From: Salisapilia sapeloensis CBS 127946
Lineage: Eukaryota; Protista; Oomycota
Direction: 5' to 3'
Length of the DNA: 58,785 bases
NCBI GenBank assembly: GCA_023334545.1
Contig: JAADVB010000105.1
Location: forward strand, 1 to 58,785
The notes under the pieces are model-generated. The model searched no databases and was not told the DNA's origin. It saw nothing but the letters and a program-made list of their open reading frames with translations. This document shows positions 12,696 to 23,400 of this stretch, piece after piece. The number at the start of each line of letters is the position of its first letter. The first letter of the stretch is position 1. The position numbers were made by a program, and so were the translations under genes.

Positions 12696-15600
12696 ATGGC
12701 ACCGTACACCCCCAGCGAGCAATTGAGCCAGTTGGCTATTGATAAGAGCAAGCACTTCACGGAAGCGTTTAACCAGGCTCTCCAGACCCCGGCTGGTGAC
12801 GAGCAGAAGGTCGCGGCCGAAAAGGTCTCGGAGCTCGTCAACTCGGACAAGGAGATCGACCTCACGGTCGTCTCGACCAAGATCCACGAGGCCCTCCTGA
12901 GCAAGGAGCCGGAACCGCGTGTCGTCGCTTGCTACGTCATCGATGACCTCATGCAAAAGTACGCTGAGCGTCTCGAGCAGTACATCGCTCCTCTTCTTGA
13001 GGACCTCTTGGACAGCTTCTCGGACAAGAAGACGTCTGTCCGTGCCGCTTCTGAAGAAGCTGCTTTGACGATCCTCTCTTCCATTAACAACAACTACGTC
13101 ATCCGTATGCTCCCGATCCTCTTCAGCGGTCTTGAGCGTCAGCGTAAGTGGCAGACGAAGAAGGTGTCGCTTGAACTTATCGCCGAGCTCGCCAAGATCG
13201 CCGCTTTCCAGATCGGTCGCTGCCTCCCGGACATCATCCCGCAGGTCAAGGAACTGATGCACGACACCCGTAAGGAGGTCAAGAAGGCCGCCACGGAGAC
13301 CATGTCCAAGGTCTGCCACGTTGCTGAAAACGCCGACATTGAGCCTTTCATCCCAGCCCTTGTCAGCTGTCTCGCCAACCCGTCGGAGGTCCCGGAATGT
13401 ACGCACAAGCTTGCCTCGACCACGTTCGTGAGCGCCGTTGAAGCTCCTGCTCTTGCTATCATGGAGCCGCTCCTCCAGCGTGCTTTGAAGGAAGGCAAGA
13501 CGGCCGTCAAGCGTCAGGCCGCCGTTATTATTGACAACATGTGTAAGTTGACGGAGGACCCTGCCGATGCGCAGCTCTTCATGCCCAAGCTTTTGCCTGG
13601 TCTTAACAAGTGTATTGAGACGGTCGCTGACCCGGAGTGCCGTCAGGTTGCTGAGAAGGCCCACAAGACTCTGTACGAGGCTGCTGGCAACGTTGAGATC
13701 AGTGAAGAGGACACCAAGATCGACTACGAGAACATTAAGAAGATTGTCGACTCTGAAGTCGCCGACAACGAGGCCTCTAAGAAGGCAGACATTGACCAGT
13801 TTACGCTTGACTTCGTTTCTGGCGTCTGCTTCTTCCTCTCCGTCGCCCGTAACTTCAACAAGGCGACGTTCGAGGGCCAGATTGGCAAGTACTTTGAGCG
13901 CTTCATGCCGCGTGACCAGGTCAAGCCGATCGCTGACAAGATCCGTGACCGATGCTTCAAGGAAAACAAGACGGTTATCATCGAAGACGTCGATGTCGAC
14001 CCGGAGAAGGAAGATCTTTGCAACTGTGAATTCTCCCTTGCTTACGGTGGTATGATTCTGTTGAACAACGCCCGTCTTCGCCTCAAGCGTGGACACCGTT
14101 ACGGTCTGTGCGGTCCCAACGGTTGTGGTAAGACGACTCTTATGCGCGCCATCGCCAACGGCCAGCTTGAGGGTTTCCCGACGCAGGACGAGCTCAAGAC
14201 GGTCTTCGTCGAGCACAACCTCCAGGCTTCGGAGGCTGAGCTTTCTGTCGTTGACTTCATCCTCCACGATGAATCCCTCAGCGACCGTCCGCGTGAAGAG
14301 ATTGAGACGACCTTGATCGACGTCGGCTTCACGGACGAGCTCCGTGCCAAGGCCGTTGGTTCGCTCTCTGGTGGTTGGAAGATGAAGCTCGAACTTGCTC
14401 GTGCTATGCTTATGCACGCCGACATCTTGTTGCTCGATGAGCCGACGAACCACTTGGATGTCAAGAACGTCAAGTGGCTTGAGGACTACTTGAACCAGTG
14501 TGAGGAGCGTGGTGTCACTGCTTTGATGGTTTCCCACGACTCCGGCTTCTTGGACAACGTGTGCACGAACATTATCCACTACGAAGCCCGTAAGCTCAAG
14601 ATCTACAAGGGCAACCTCTCCAAGTTCGTGGAGCAGAAGCCGGAGGCTAAGGCCTACTACGAGCTTGAGGCTGCTGCCTTTAAGTTCACGTTCCCGGAAC
14701 CTGGTTTCCTTGCTGACATTAAGAACCGTGGTAAGCCGATTCTTCGTCTGACGAACTGTTCGTACACGTACCCGGGCAGTTCCAAGCCGCAGATCAACAA
14801 CATCTCCGTCACGTGCGCTCTGTCTAGTCGTATCGCTGTTCTCGGCCCGAACGGTGCCGGTAAGTCCACTCTTATTAAGATGCTTACGGGTGAAGTTGAG
14901 CCGCAGACCGGTACGGTGTGGAAGCACCCGTCGCTCCGTTTCGCCTACGTGGCCCAGCACGCTTTCCATCATATCGAAGAGCACTTGGACATTACGGCCA
15001 ACCAGTACATCCAGTGGCGTTTCCAGTCCGGTGAGGACAAGGAGCTCATGGCCAAGGAGTCTCGTAAGATTACTCCGGAAGAGCAGGCGCGTATCAACAA
15101 GCCTGTCAACTGGGAAGGTGAGAAGCACACGCTCGAAGAGATTGTGTCTCGTCGTAAGCACAAGAAGAGTTTCGAGTATGAGATCAAGTGGTTGAACGAG
15201 CCGCAGGAGAACAACGCCTGGGTCCCGCGTGAGAAGATGGAGAAGTGGGGATGGGACAAGGTCATCCAGATTGCCGACGATCGTGAAGCTGCCCGTGCCA
15301 ACATGCAGGCTCGTCCGGTGACGGCCCTCGCTGTCCAGAAGCACATGGACGACTTCGGTCTTGGCGCTGAGTTCGCGACGCACTCGCGTATGCGTGGTCT
15401 TTCTGGTGGTCAGAAGGTCAAGGTCGTGCTCGGTGCTGCTATGTGGCTGAACCCGCACATTCTTGTGCTCGATGAGCCGACGAACTACCTCGACCGTGAC
15501 TCGCTTGGTGCTCTTGCCACTGCCATCCAGGAGTTCAACGGTGGTGTGGTCATTATTACGCATCACAACGAATTCGCCGACGCTTTGACTCACGAGCGAT

Positions 15601-15830
15601 GGAACGTTGACAATGGTCACCTTGCCATTGACGGCCAGGTCCCTGAAGACAAGACCAAGATTGAGCAGAAGGACGAGGAGGAAGTCGTCGATGCCTTCGG
15701 TAACGTCGAGAAGAAGAAGATCAAGCGTAAGCTTACTCGTAAGGAGCGCAAGGCCAAGGAGAAGGCCCGTAAGGAGGCCGAGAAGCGTGGTGAATACTAC
15801 AGCGACTCGGACTTGGATGACGACGAGTAA
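12696..15830 (+). CDS. eEF3: Translation elongation factor 3 (HEAT - ABC1 - ABC2 with chromodomain insert - basic tail)
   Basis: ATG at 12696, no intron. Walker A motifs GPNGCGKTT and GPNGAGKST; signatures LSGGW and LSGGQ; Walker B LLLDEPTNHLD and ILVLDEPTNYLD; chromo-like insert EEIVSRRKHKKSFEYEIKW; Lys/Arg-rich then acidic C-terminus. Very strong codon bias. Confidence 0.96.
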   Translation: MAPYTPSEQLSQLAIDKSKHFTEAFNQALQTPAGDEQKVAAEKVSELVNSDKEIDLTVVSTKIHEALLSKEPEPRVVACYVIDDLMQKYAERLEQYIAPLLEDLLDSFSDKKTSVRAASEEAALTILSSINNNYVIRMLPILFSGLERQRKWQTKKVSLELIAELAKIAAFQIGRCLPDIIPQVKELMHDTRKEVKKAATETMSKVCHVAENADIEPFIPALVSCLANPSEVPECTHKLASTTFVSAVEAPALAIMEPLLQRALKEGKTAVKRQAAVIIDNMCKLTEDPADAQLFMPKLLPGLNKCIETVADPECRQVAEKAHKTLYEAAGNVEISEEDTKIDYENIKKIVDSEVADNEASKKADIDQFTLDFVSGVCFFLSVARNFNKATFEGQIGKYFERFMPRDQVKPIADKIRDRCFKENKTVIIEDVDVDPEKEDLCNCEFSLAYGGMILLNNARLRLKRGHRYGLCGPNGCGKTTLMRAIANGQLEGFPTQDELKTVFVEHNLQASEAELSVVDFILHDESLSDRPREEIETTLIDVGFTDELRAKAVGSLSGGWKMKLELARAMLMHADILLLDEPTNHLDVKNVKWLEDYLNQCEERGVTALMVSHDSGFLDNVCTNIIHYEARKLKIYKGNLSKFVEQKPEAKAYYELEAAAFKFTFPEPGFLADIKNRGKPILRLTNCSYTYPGSSKPQINNISVTCALSSRIAVLGPNGAGKSTLIKMLTGEVEPQTGTVWKHPSLRFAYVAQHAFHHIEEHLDITANQYIQWRFQSGEDKELMAKESRKITPEEQARINKPVNWEGEKHTLEEIVSRRKHKKSFEYEIKWLNEPQENNAWVPREKMEKWGWDKVIQIADDREAARANMQARPVTALAVQKHMDDFGLGAEFATHSRMRGLSGGQKVKVVLGAAMWLNPHILVLDEPTNYLDRDSLGALATAIQEFNGGVVIITHHNEFADALTHERWNVDNGHLAIDGQVPEDKTKIEQKDEEEVVDAFGNVEKKKIKRKLTRKERKAKEKARKEAEKRGEYYSDSDLDDDE

Positions 15831-16029
15831 GCTGCTTTGCCTAGGAACGAAATAAAGTAGATGTTTTGGTTTTTATCCAAATTCTTTTCTTTGTTATGAT
15901 TTTTGAAGTGGAGTTGAAGTTATGGATTGAAATATTACGATTGTTCGTTTGTGATCAGATAAAGCTGAAGCATGAAAGAACGAACGTTCATTTTTGAATT
16001 GTGTCAGAAGAACGGAAGCCGATTGAGAG

Positions 16030-16925
16030 ATGAGTACTGTACCGATGAAACAATTGCCGAGTGGTGCATTAATGCCTGCGGTGGGCATGGGCACCTATAA
16101 GATTGGCGAGGAGGATGACGGATATGATGCTGTCCGAGAAGCTCTTCGTCTCGGATATCGACACTTGGGTAGATCTTACGTTTGGCTTAATGGTATCCAT
16201 GTCGTTGATGTGATGTGATGACTGTAGACACTGCCAAGCTGTATGAGACGGAGGAAGCTGTTGGTCGAGCTGTGCGCGACGCTGGTGTCGCGAGAAGTGA
16301 AATTTTCATCACGAGCAAGGTGCCTGGCAAGAACTATGGATATGAATCTACGATGGCGGCTGTGCGTGAGAGCAATGAGGCGCTTGGTCTGGAATACATT
16401 GACCTCTACTTGATGCATACTCCCGGCGAAAGTTCCAAGCGTGGTGAGACGTGGAGAGCTTTGGAAGATCTCCAGAAAGAAGGTATTGTAAAGGACATTG
16501 GCGTATCCAACTTTGGTGTGGATCATTTGAAAAAGCTGTCCGAGACGTGGCAGGTTAAGCCGGCAGTGAATCAGATCGAGTACCACCCATGGCTCCGTCG
16601 AGATGACATTGTCAACTATTGCCAAGAGCACGGTATTTTCGTAGAAGCTTTCTGTCCTCTGGCTCGTACGCAAAAGCTCAAGGACGAGATTCTGAACCAA
16701 GTGGCTGTTCAGATCAAGGCAACGCCAGCACAGACACTGATTGCCTGGTGTCTAGCAAAAGGAGTCATTCCTCTCCCCAAGTCGTCCAATCCGCAGCGTT
16801 TGGCAGAGAACTTGGAAGGCGCTCGCTTCGTCGCAGATTTGACGCCAAAGATGGTCGCGACGTTGGATGAATTGAACGAAGGATACTTTGCGGCGTCAGA
16901 TCTCGTGAACGAGTACGCACCATAA
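16030..16925 (+). CDS. Aldo-keto reductase (AKR5/AKR1-like), 2 exons, 278 aa
   Basis: join(16030..16168,16228..16925) restores GYRHLDTAKLY. The catalytic tetrad D, Y, K (FITSKV) and H (DLYLMH) is present, plus IGVSNF, PAVNQIEYHP and IPLPKS. Confidence 0.93.
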
Positions 16926-16983
16926 GAGGATTTCAATTTAAAGCAGAAGAATGATTTGAACAGCAAATTATGTACTTGAGTAG

Positions 16984-18141
16984 TTATTCCGAGTCACTTT
17001 CAAAGTCGGATTCATTCCCGAATAAAAGTTGCGATGAAGGTGCTGGAGAAACTGGAGGTGTCTGTAGTTTTGATGGAGATCCGGCGGTCGAGGAGGTCAT
17101 GGATTCTCCGAACAAATTGGCAGCGTTGATACCATCCTCATCCATCATTTGTTTACGTGCAGTCGTCTGCTTCGGTGGACTGCCATAAAAGTCGGACAAT
17201 TGCATATCGTCATTCGGATTGTAGGTCGAGTCGGAGCTCATGCTGGCAGTACTGACGGATGATGTGGTCGACGCATATAAATCGACGTTCGGATCCGACT
17301 TGCGCCGATGCTGCTGCTCAAGATTCTCGAGATGATGTAAACGGTAGGTTTTAGCCGCCAATAGTAGCTTGCCACGTTTTAATTCGTCCGGCTGGACACA
17401 CACGAGACACGGGATTAGCTGGAGCATCCGGATACCACCAAGCTGATGACAGAGTGACTCGATGTATGCTTCTGCTTCGATCGAATCGCTGCCAAAGAGT
17501 CGAGCATTTGTCTTAAACTCCTTAAGCATCGTTCTGTCCTTTTGAAAGAAACGCTTCATGGTTTTCATGATATCTTTTTCCAATTTTGCAGCTGCTTCGC
17601 CGTAGATACGACCGATCGATTCGGGCAGATCCGGTATATGGCTGCTTGGTTGCAACAAGACGCTTGGATGGAAGTCTGTCTCTGGTGGAGCGATGGGCGG
17701 AGGCTCCTGTAGAGTAGATGGAGGTGGTTTAATGTTCTTGATGGAGCAAGGTTTAGGTAGAGTCAATGAAGTCGGCGTGATGCTAACGAGAGGTGTAGTC
17801 TGATCCTCTCTGCGCTCGAACGGTGGACTGTTGTTCGGACTTGGCATGTGCTGTACGTTTCGCGGCGGGCTCGACGCATTTGTCTTGACACTAGATTGCT
17901 CAAATCGTTGCACGAAAGCAGCTACCTTGGATTGAACCTTTGATCTCGATGGAGAGCTCATAGACGTGTTAAACGATGATGCTTGGCTCGATGGTAACCT
18001 CCATGCGTTGCTCGAACTTTGTGGAGATGCCGAATTCGCATGACAGTGCAGTGGTTGCTTCATAGCAAAAGACGATTCTGTAGCTTGATGGAGTCCTAAG
18101 CTCTGGTCTGGACGTTTAATAGGAATCGCGCTGGATGCCAT
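16984..18141 (-). CDS. Hypothetical Ser/Pro-rich protein with a central helical domain resembling the ZNF598/Hel2 C-terminal PAH-like domain
   Basis: 385-aa ORF with ATG at 18141 and low-complexity termini. Central segment EFKTNARLFGSDSIEAEAYIESLCHQLG...LIPCLVCVQPDELKRGKLL; the family resemblance is from memory. Confidence 0.7.
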   Translation of the reverse strand: MASSAIPIKRPDQSLGLHQATESSFAMKQPLHCHANSASPQSSSNAWRLPSSQASSFNTSMSSPSRSKVQSKVAAFVQRFEQSSVKTNASSPPRNVQHMPSPNNSPPFERREDQTTPLVSITPTSLTLPKPCSIKNIKPPPSTLQEPPPIAPPETDFHPSVLLQPSSHIPDLPESIGRIYGEAAAKLEKDIMKTMKRFFQKDRTMLKEFKTNARLFGSDSIEAEAYIESLCHQLGGIRMLQLIPCLVCVQPDELKRGKLLLAAKTYRLHHLENLEQQHRRKSDPNVDLYASTTSSVSTASMSSDSTYNPNDDMQLSDFYGSPPKQTTARKQMMDEDGINAANLFGESMTSSTAGSPSKLQTPPVSPAPSSQLLFGNESDFESDSE

Positions 18142-18659
18142 CGTGTTCGATGTCGCGCTGACTAGGTTAGCTTATGTGTCACCCATGTGTACGGTCATTG
18201 AAGTTGGATTCGGTGCAGATTAGCAAATTTTCGAGTGTATCTTGAAAGGAAACTGCAGTTCTGGTGGTAGTGTCCCCCGCGGCTACTTCTACCTTGCTTG
18301 AACCCTTTTAGACCTTGCAAAGGACCTTGTTCACTCCTCCAAATTCGTAGTAGTTTTCTCCCTGCTCTTCTTGTATAAACTTTACGTCTTGTAAATTAGC
18401 ATCGAAATTTAACTAGTGGTAAGAATTACCACCAGAATCTTCCTCCTCTCGTCGCGGTATCTTGCTTCCCACCTGCCTACCTTCTTCCCCCTTGGCATGT
18501 CTGTATTCTCCATGAAAAGCTCCCTGTGCATCCTCTTCGCCACAAGAATTCCGATCGCAAATGCCCTCGTCTACCACCTGTTGCGCTTGTTTGGCCAAAC
18601 GTGCCGGTGCGGAGCGAGAGACCTTATAGTAGAAAAAGCACGCTGAGGACCAAGCACTC

Positions 18660-20402
18660 ATGCTCCACTCCGTCTCCCGTGTAGCTCGCCGCGCGAAGCA
18701 AGTTCGTGCTCGGCCGTTCTCGGCCTCCACCTTCACCCCACCAGAGGGCAAAGACCAGCTCATCCTGTTTGACACGACGCTGCGGGATGGCGAGCAGTCG
18801 CCCGGAGCTACTCTCAACTTCCGTGAGAAGCTCGACATTGCACGCGGACTGAGCTCCCTTGGCGTCGACGTGTGCGAAGCTGGCTTCCCCATCTCTTCGC
18901 CTGGCGACTTTGACGCCGTCTCGGCCATTGCCAAGGAAGTCGGGCCGCTCGTTGGCAACCGCCGATCCGGCGAACCGATGACCATCGCCGGTCTCGCGCG
19001 TGCCATGGAAAAGGATATCCAGCGATGCTACGACGCTGTCAAGCACGCGCCCAAGCACCGTATCCACACGTTCCTCGCGACGTCGGATATCCATCTCAAA
19101 TACAAGCTCAACATTTCTCGTGATCAAGCGATCGAGCGTGCTGTCAACGCCGTCAAATTCGCTTCTAGCCTCTGTACTGACATTGAGTTCTCGCCAGAGG
19201 ACGCCGGTCGTTCCGATCCGGACTTTCTGTGCGAAATCCTAGGCGAAGTCATCAAGGCTGGTGCCACGACGCTCAACATTCCTGACACGGTCGGCTACAC
19301 TGTGCCAGACGAGTACGGATCGCTCATTCGTTACCTCGTTGAGAACACGCCTGGCGCGGAGAAAGCAATCTTCTCGACGCACTGCCACAACGATCTTGGT
19401 TTGGCTGCTGCCAACACCCTCGCTGGTGTCTCTAACGGTGCACGACAGGCCGAGGTCTGTATGAACGGCATTGGAGAACGTGCTGGTAACACGGCGCTGG
19501 AAGAAGTCGTCATGACGCTCCAGACTCGACCGCAGCACTACCCTGTCTTCACGTACGCTGATGCGACGCACATTACTCGAGTCAGCCGCATGGTAAGCCA
19601 CTATACTGGTATGTCTGTGCAGCCGAACAAGGCCATTGTCGGTGGCAACGCCTTCGCACACGAGTCTGGTATCCACCAAGACGGTGTGCTCAAGCACCAG
19701 GCGACGTACGAGATTATGCTGCCCGAGTCCGTCGGTTTGACGGAGAACAAGATGGTGCTAGGCAAGCACTCTGGTCGACACGCCTACAAGAAGCGTCTGC
19801 AACAGCTCGGCTACTCGGACTTGACAGAAGATCAGCTGGAGTACTATGTGGACAAGTTCAAGGTGCTTGCGGACGAGAAGAAGACCGTGACGGATGCTGA
19901 CATTGAAGCTATTGTCTCGGACGATCTATACAAGCCAGAGGCCTTCTGGACGCTCCAGTCGGTTCACGTGACGGCTGGTAACCGAGTTAAGCCGACGGCT
20001 ACCGTCACGCTTGTCTACAAGGACGGTGAGGAAGTGAGTGAAGCGGCAATGGGCACGGGGCCCATTGAAGCTGTCTATCAGGCCATTTGCAAGGCCACGA
20101 ACACGCAGAAGATTCAGTTGAACGAGTTCTCTGTGAACAGTATCACCGGCGGCGCCTACGCCCTTGGTGAAGTGACCGTCCGAGTACAGGAAGAGGTGGA
20201 GGAAGATGAGCAGACACCGACGTCTGGTGAGCTCGTGAACCCACAGACTGGTGTCACTCGCCATCGTCAGTATGTCGGCCATGGCGCGAACGTAGATATC
20301 TTGGTCGCCTCTGCCACGGCATATGTGAATGCGTGCAACCGTTTAATCGCAGCTAGGGAGCGAGCGCTTGCGGAGGAGAGTGGAGAGTCCATCTCCGAGT
20401 AG
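18660..20402 (+). CDS. leuA: 2-isopropylmalate synthase with Arg/Ser-rich organellar (probably mitochondrial) presequence
   Basis: Motifs FDTTLRDGEQ, HCHNDLG, GERAGN, HESGIHQDG and LGKHSGR; C-terminal regulatory domain (GTGPIEA...DILVASATAYVNA). N-terminal MLHSVSRVARRAKQVRARPFSAST looks like a presequence. Confidence 0.96.
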   Translation: MLHSVSRVARRAKQVRARPFSASTFTPPEGKDQLILFDTTLRDGEQSPGATLNFREKLDIARGLSSLGVDVCEAGFPISSPGDFDAVSAIAKEVGPLVGNRRSGEPMTIAGLARAMEKDIQRCYDAVKHAPKHRIHTFLATSDIHLKYKLNISRDQAIERAVNAVKFASSLCTDIEFSPEDAGRSDPDFLCEILGEVIKAGATTLNIPDTVGYTVPDEYGSLIRYLVENTPGAEKAIFSTHCHNDLGLAAANTLAGVSNGARQAEVCMNGIGERAGNTALEEVVMTLQTRPQHYPVFTYADATHITRVSRMVSHYTGMSVQPNKAIVGGNAFAHESGIHQDGVLKHQATYEIMLPESVGLTENKMVLGKHSGRHAYKKRLQQLGYSDLTEDQLEYYVDKFKVLADEKKTVTDADIEAIVSDDLYKPEAFWTLQSVHVTAGNRVKPTATVTLVYKDGEEVSEAAMGTGPIEAVYQAICKATNTQKIQLNEFSVNSITGGAYALGEVTVRVQEEVEEDEQTPTSGELVNPQTGVTRHRQYVGHGANVDILVASATAYVNACNRLIAARERALAEESGESISE

Positions 20403-20461
20403 GTTGTATGGTTTACAAGAAAGGAATACAATTGTCTTTGAGCACTTTAATATTATTTACG

Positions 20462-23400
20462 TCAAGGTGGATTCAAACCGTCGTACGGTGTCAGCCCGTA
20501 GATGTTTTCAATCGTGTCGTCTGCGCCTCGAGCGATGAGGTACTCTCCTAACGCTCCGTCGCTGTCGTATTCCATAGCAAAGTGTAGCGGAGTGTTGCCT
20601 TGTGCATTCTTATGATTAATATTCGCCCGCTTCATGACGAGGAACTCGACTATCTTCATGTTCACGTTCTGGCAGGCGATAAGCAGTAGCGTGTTTCCTT
20701 TATCGTCTTCCGTGTTGACGTCAAAGCCTGCTTCAATGCTTTCGGTTAAACGCTTTAGTCTACCATTTCGTGCTTGGGAGAAGACAGTCTCGGGGTCGAG
20801 GCCTTCGCTCTGAATTCGAATTGCAGTCGCTGCTTGTTCATGCTGAACGGCATCCAGTTGTAACTTCTCCTGCTCACTCAATGGAAGCAGCTTATTTCGA
20901 GCAAGCAGAACCTTGCGTACATGGAGCTTGTGGCTGATGCCAAGTACATCAGCAAGGTCTTCTGCACGTAGCTCCAGTAGAAATTCACCATCCACCGCTG
21001 CTTCTCGAAAGGATGGCTTATACTGACTTAGCGAGAGTGAATCGAGCCATCGACCGACGTCATCTAGACTCCAATCTCGTACAGCGTCAGGAAGCGGTTG
21101 GGCTGGACTTTGCTGAAGTGCTTCCTTCTCTTCTTCTGCCTTTAGCCGTAGCTCTTGCTTCTTTTGATCCGACTTGCTTATCATGATTTCAGATGCATTT
21201 GGCGGAAGTTGGTTTACGGCCGGGATGTTCGCAGCACTCGCGGCAGCAGCAGCGGCAGCAGCCGTCTCAGCTGTAGAGGAGATTGCTGCGGCAGTGGTAT
21301 CTGCGTTGATGTCACGCAAGTTCTTGATCATATTCAATGAGCTAAAGTAGGATAAGGACATGGACATGAACTGGAACTTCATCAGTTCCTCTGTGCTGGA
21401 GAACATAGCATGAGAGCGTTCTTCATGCTCCTTGGCTTTCATTGCCGTCGCCGCTGCCGCTGCAGCAGACGTCGCAGTCGCTGTTTCCAACTCAATTCCC
21501 TTCTCGCGAAGGTTATCTAGCTCCATCTTTTGCTCTTCCAACAATTCCATCAGATTGCGCTGTAATCTCGCAAACTCTCGGTCTTTTCGCATTCTCGTGG
21601 CTTCCATATCTGCCAGTTTCTCTTCCATGCCAGCGAGTTCACGACGTTTCTGCTGAACCTCGGCAAAGACACTAGTAAATTCGGATTCAAGCTCTTGTTT
21701 CTTCCGATCACGCTCTGCACGCTTGATCTGTAACGCCATCTCGACAGCATGTACATCTAAATGATTGCTATTCACATCCTCTTCTAATCGCAAAGGCTCT
21801 CCACTTCCCAACGGATTAGCACCCTCCCCTGTATTCCTTCGAAGCATGCTTTCGTAGCCTCCTCTTCGGAGCATTTCAGCTTCATGCGTAAGTTCCCGAA
21901 GATCAGAATCCATTTGATCAATCTCCTGGAGCTCTCTCTCCAGCACTGCCAATTCGCCTTCTGACTCTTGTAGTTCAGTATGGATGGCGCTTACTTTCGA
22001 CTCGACCATTTCTTGTGCGCGATGTAACTCATTAATCTCTTCTTGCTGTCGCTCAAAAGCTTGTTTTGACGCTTCGATCATTTCTAGACCAAGAGCTAGC
22101 CGTTCAGGACCTGGTTCAGCTTCATGCCACTGCTTCTTCCGATTGTAGTCTCGACGACCTAGTAAACCACGAAATGTACGTTGTACCTCTGTCGCGGCCA
22201 AGTTTTCTAGCCTGTATGTCAAGTATTCGCTCCGAGCAACGTACATCCTCCATGTTGCTTGCAATTTTGCTAAAAGTATGTCATGTCTCCGACGTTCCTC
22301 TCTCTCAGCTCGTAGCTGGATGCAACGACAGCGACCTTTGTAACCACGATACGCGCGTTGGATAAATCCAGCTTTCTTCATGCGAAGTTTGTACCGGAAG
22401 CGAATACGACACATGAAACCTCGGACCACCTTTTGTAAGATGATAGCTGCAGCTTTTCTCCTTCGCTCTTCCAAAATCTCGACTTTGCAACGCTCATATC
22501 GTCGGCGACCTAGATACCCACGTGCAATTCGGTTCATTTCTCCAGCAGCAAATCGTCGAATTCGCTCTTGTTGGTATTTCCGACGAACACTGTGGACATA
22601 TCGCGTTGCGAGGAAACTACGAATATGTTTTTGAATGCAAGTCGCGTGACGAGCTCGACGTTTGTTTAACTCTTGTCTTAGAAAGTTTTCATGCTCTTCG
22701 ACACCAGTATGAAAGTTAATTTCCATTTCGTCTTGTACACTTTCATATTCTTTTAAATGTAGAAGTCCTTCTCGAGCTATATTCCGTTCTTCTTCTTCGA
22801 TGATGTCAAATAAGCTCGGAAGTTTCTTTTCATAAGATTCTATTACTACTTCTGCTTCCTGCTTTTGTTTTACAAATGGAGAAATGTCGACACTAACGTC
22901 TGGCGTTACTTGAGATGCCACTTTATGTGATAATGCTTTCTGAAGCCTCTCCTCCTGCAAATCCGCTTCAATCTTTTCTAACCGAGCTCGATCTTCTGCT
23001 TCCCATTTCAATCGACGTTCCTCTTGCTCTCTCAACAACGCAGCCTTCCTTTCTTCTAAAGCAGCCTGCTGCTTCAACTCTGCTTCCTTGGCTGAAGCTT
23101 CGAGACGTCGACTATCCTTCGCGATTTTATCACGAATCTTATTAATGCTTTTATCAACTTTGCCTGTAGAACCTTGGCGCTGTACGCTTCTTTTCTGTTG
23201 GCTCGTGGAAAAGGAAGAACGAGCTGGTGGTTGGCTAGAGGAGGCAGTTGGAAGTCTATCTAAAATCGGATCGTAGGCGAGTGGTTGAGAAGGCTCAGGC
23301 CATTTCAACTCGAGTCTTTCATCAGACAGAGCTTTATTAGCATCTTTCTCTTCCTGTACAGAGCTCTTTCCTCTCTTCACTTTCGGTGGTGGTTCTATCT

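Noticed and set aside
18624-20282. Antisense ORFs inside leuA (18624..19127, 19239..19697, 19926..20282) and the flippase (27941..28450, 31616..32056)
   Set aside because: All are in exact codon register with the sense gene, as expected from avoidance of TTA/CTA/TCA codons; no independent protein features.
16030-20402. Possible horizontal transfer of the bacterial-looking AKR and LeuA
   Set aside because: AKR has a typical intron; LeuA has a presequence and host-like codon bias. Both families are widespread in eukaryotes, and only a phylogeny could show transfer.
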